DNA from: Alphaproteobacteria bacterium | Lineage (GTDB): Bacteria > Pseudomonadota > Alphaproteobacteria > UBA828 | Reading direction: 5' to 3' | Assembly: GCA_965221125.1 (NCBI GenBank) | Contig: CBDCRW010000002.1 | Coordinates: 128,001 to 192,000, forward strand | Length of the DNA stretch: 64,000 nucleotides | Part shown: positions 62,717 through 64,000 of the stretch, piece after piece | Position numbering within the stretch: the first letter of the stretch is position 1 | Layout: each line of letters starts with the position of its first letter | Notes under the pieces: generated by a model | What the model saw: the letters and a program-made list of their open reading frames with translations, nothing else | What the model was told of the DNA's origin: nothing | Databases searched by the model: none | Made by a program: the position numbers and the translations under genes

Positions 62717-64000
62717 CTAGGCCGCCTGTTTCGCCATCTCGGCGCGGCGCGCCGCGGTCGCGGCGACGTCGATCTCCAGCGCCTCGGTGAGAACCACGCC
62801 GTAAGCGTCGCGCGCATGCTCGCGGGTGCAGAAGTCGTCGAGCACGTCTTCGCGCACCTGCTCGGCCGTGCGCTCCAGCGGGTCGCCGTAGCCGCCGCCG
62901 CAGGGGCCGAGGAAGCCTATGCAGTCGCCGGTCTGGTTGCGCAGCCCGTGGATCTTGGCCGGCAGGTCCTCGACGCGCTCAGGCTCGGCCACGTTGTACT
63001 TGATGAGGCGCCCGCCCTGGCCGGTCGTGCCGCCGCGAAAGCCCCAGGGCGGGTCGTCGTGGCGGTCCGCCTCGTGGGTGAGGAAGCCGGGCGTGAGGTA
63101 GCGCTGCACCTTGATCACGCCGATGCCGCCGCGATGGCGGCCCGCGCCCGGCATCACGTCGTCGCGCAACTCGTAGCGATCGCAGAGCAGCGGCAGGTGC
63201 ATGCCGAGGTCCTCGATGGGGTTGTTGCGCGTGTTGCGCATCAGCTCCTCGATGGTGTCCGGCCCGTCGGAATGGGGCCTGCCGCCGCAGGCGCCCTCGT
63301 TGACCTCGATGAAGACCCAGTACTGGCCGTCCGGCCTGACGCCGGAATAGGCGATCGCGGAGACGTCGGCGGAAGAGCCCGCCGTCACCTTCTCCGGGAT
63401 CACCGGGGCAAGCGCCTTGGCGATGCAGTCGACCACGCGCTGGATCTGGTTGAAGCGCGCCTCGGCTGACGCCGGATACTCGGGGTTGAAGATCGTGCCC
63501 TTGGGCGCGGTGACCTTGATGGGGCGGAACGAGCCCTCGTTCTGCGGCACGTGCTCGCTGATGGTCGCCGTATCGAGCAGCAGCGCGCGGAAAGCGAAGT
63601 AGCAGGCGACCTTGGTCGAGCCCTCGAAGGGCACGTTGAAGGCGGTCGGCACCTGGGGGGACGAGCCGGTGAGGTCGACCTCGGCGGAATCGCCCTCGAT
63701 GCGGACCGCGACCTTGACCGGGAGTGGCTCCTTCCGGTTGCGTCCGTCGTCGTCCAGAAAACCCTCGGCCCGGTACTCGCCGTCGGGGATCGCCCCGATC
63801 TGGCGGCGCAGCATGCGCTCGGAATAGTCCATGAGCTGCTCGGTGGCGGCGAACACCAGGTCCTTGCCGTGCTGGTCGATGAGCTCGACGAAGCGCTTGA
63901 CGCCGAGCTCGGCGGAGGCGACCTGGGCCTCGATGTCGCCCATCACCTGGCTCGGCACCCGCGTGTTGGTCTCGATGAACTGCCAGAGCGCACGGTTGAG
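62717..64000 (-). CDS. Hydantoinase B/oxoprolinase family protein (5' end outside window)
   Basis: FLDDDG, VDLTGS, GAGRHRGGIG, PPWG..GG and GGGYGDPLER. Confidence 0.9.
   Translation of the reverse strand, partial: LNRALWQFIETNTRVPSQVMGDIEAQVASAELGVKRFVELIDQHGKDLVFAATEQLMDYSERMLRRQIGAIPDGEYRAEGFLDDDGRNRKEPLPVKVAVRIEGDSAEVDLTGSSPQVPTAFNVPFEGSTKVACYFAFRALLLDTATISEHVPQNEGSFRPIKVTAPKGTIFNPEYPASAEARFNQIQRVVDCIAKALAPVIPEKVTAGSSADVSAIAYSGVRPDGQYWVFIEVNEGACGGRPHSDGPDTIEELMRNTRNNPIEDLGMHLPLLCDRYELRDDVMPGAGRHRGGIGVIKVQRYLTPGFLTHEADRHDDPPWGFRGGTTGQGGRLIKYNVAEPERVEDLPAKIHGLRNQTGDCIGFLGPCGGGYGDPLERTAEQVREDVLDDFCTREHARDAYGVVLTEALEIDVAATAARRAEMAKQAA

Overview
High-GC alphaproteobacterial chromosomal window; the taxonomic call rests on a GTTC-N7-GTTC SOS box, type-B L36, long S14, and the gltX-comEC-lexA and kdsD-lptCAB gene orders. 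Housekeeping content: partial K+-independent H+-pyrophosphatase, glcDEF, zur-znuCB-hisI, gltX/comEC/lexA, the str-S10-spc ribosomal cluster from rpsL to adk, purD, a TRAP transporter, bioBA and kdsD-lptCAB. I found no rRNA, tRNA, CRISPR array, transposase or prophage. Best candidate for an undescribed system (9.1-14.8 kb): a polar amino acid ABC-type module with two binding proteins and two permeases but no ATPase gene. Both permeases appear to have lost the EAA coupling loop, the module is co-oriented with a membrane HAMP-PP2C (SpoIIE) phosphatase, and a STAS anti-anti-sigma gene lies nearby, which suggests a transporter repurposed as a sensor. Other notable items: a deaminase-barbiturase-ThDP enzyme operon behind gltX; a cobalt nitrile hydratase with a split beta subunit; a 33-bp palindromic repeat family whose ends form stop codons of flanking genes; a helically phased 10-bp tandem array; a one-Cys OxyR-like regulator; and an in-frame deletion in comEC. 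All calls come from reading motifs by eye, with no database searches, and start codons and promoters are best estimates.
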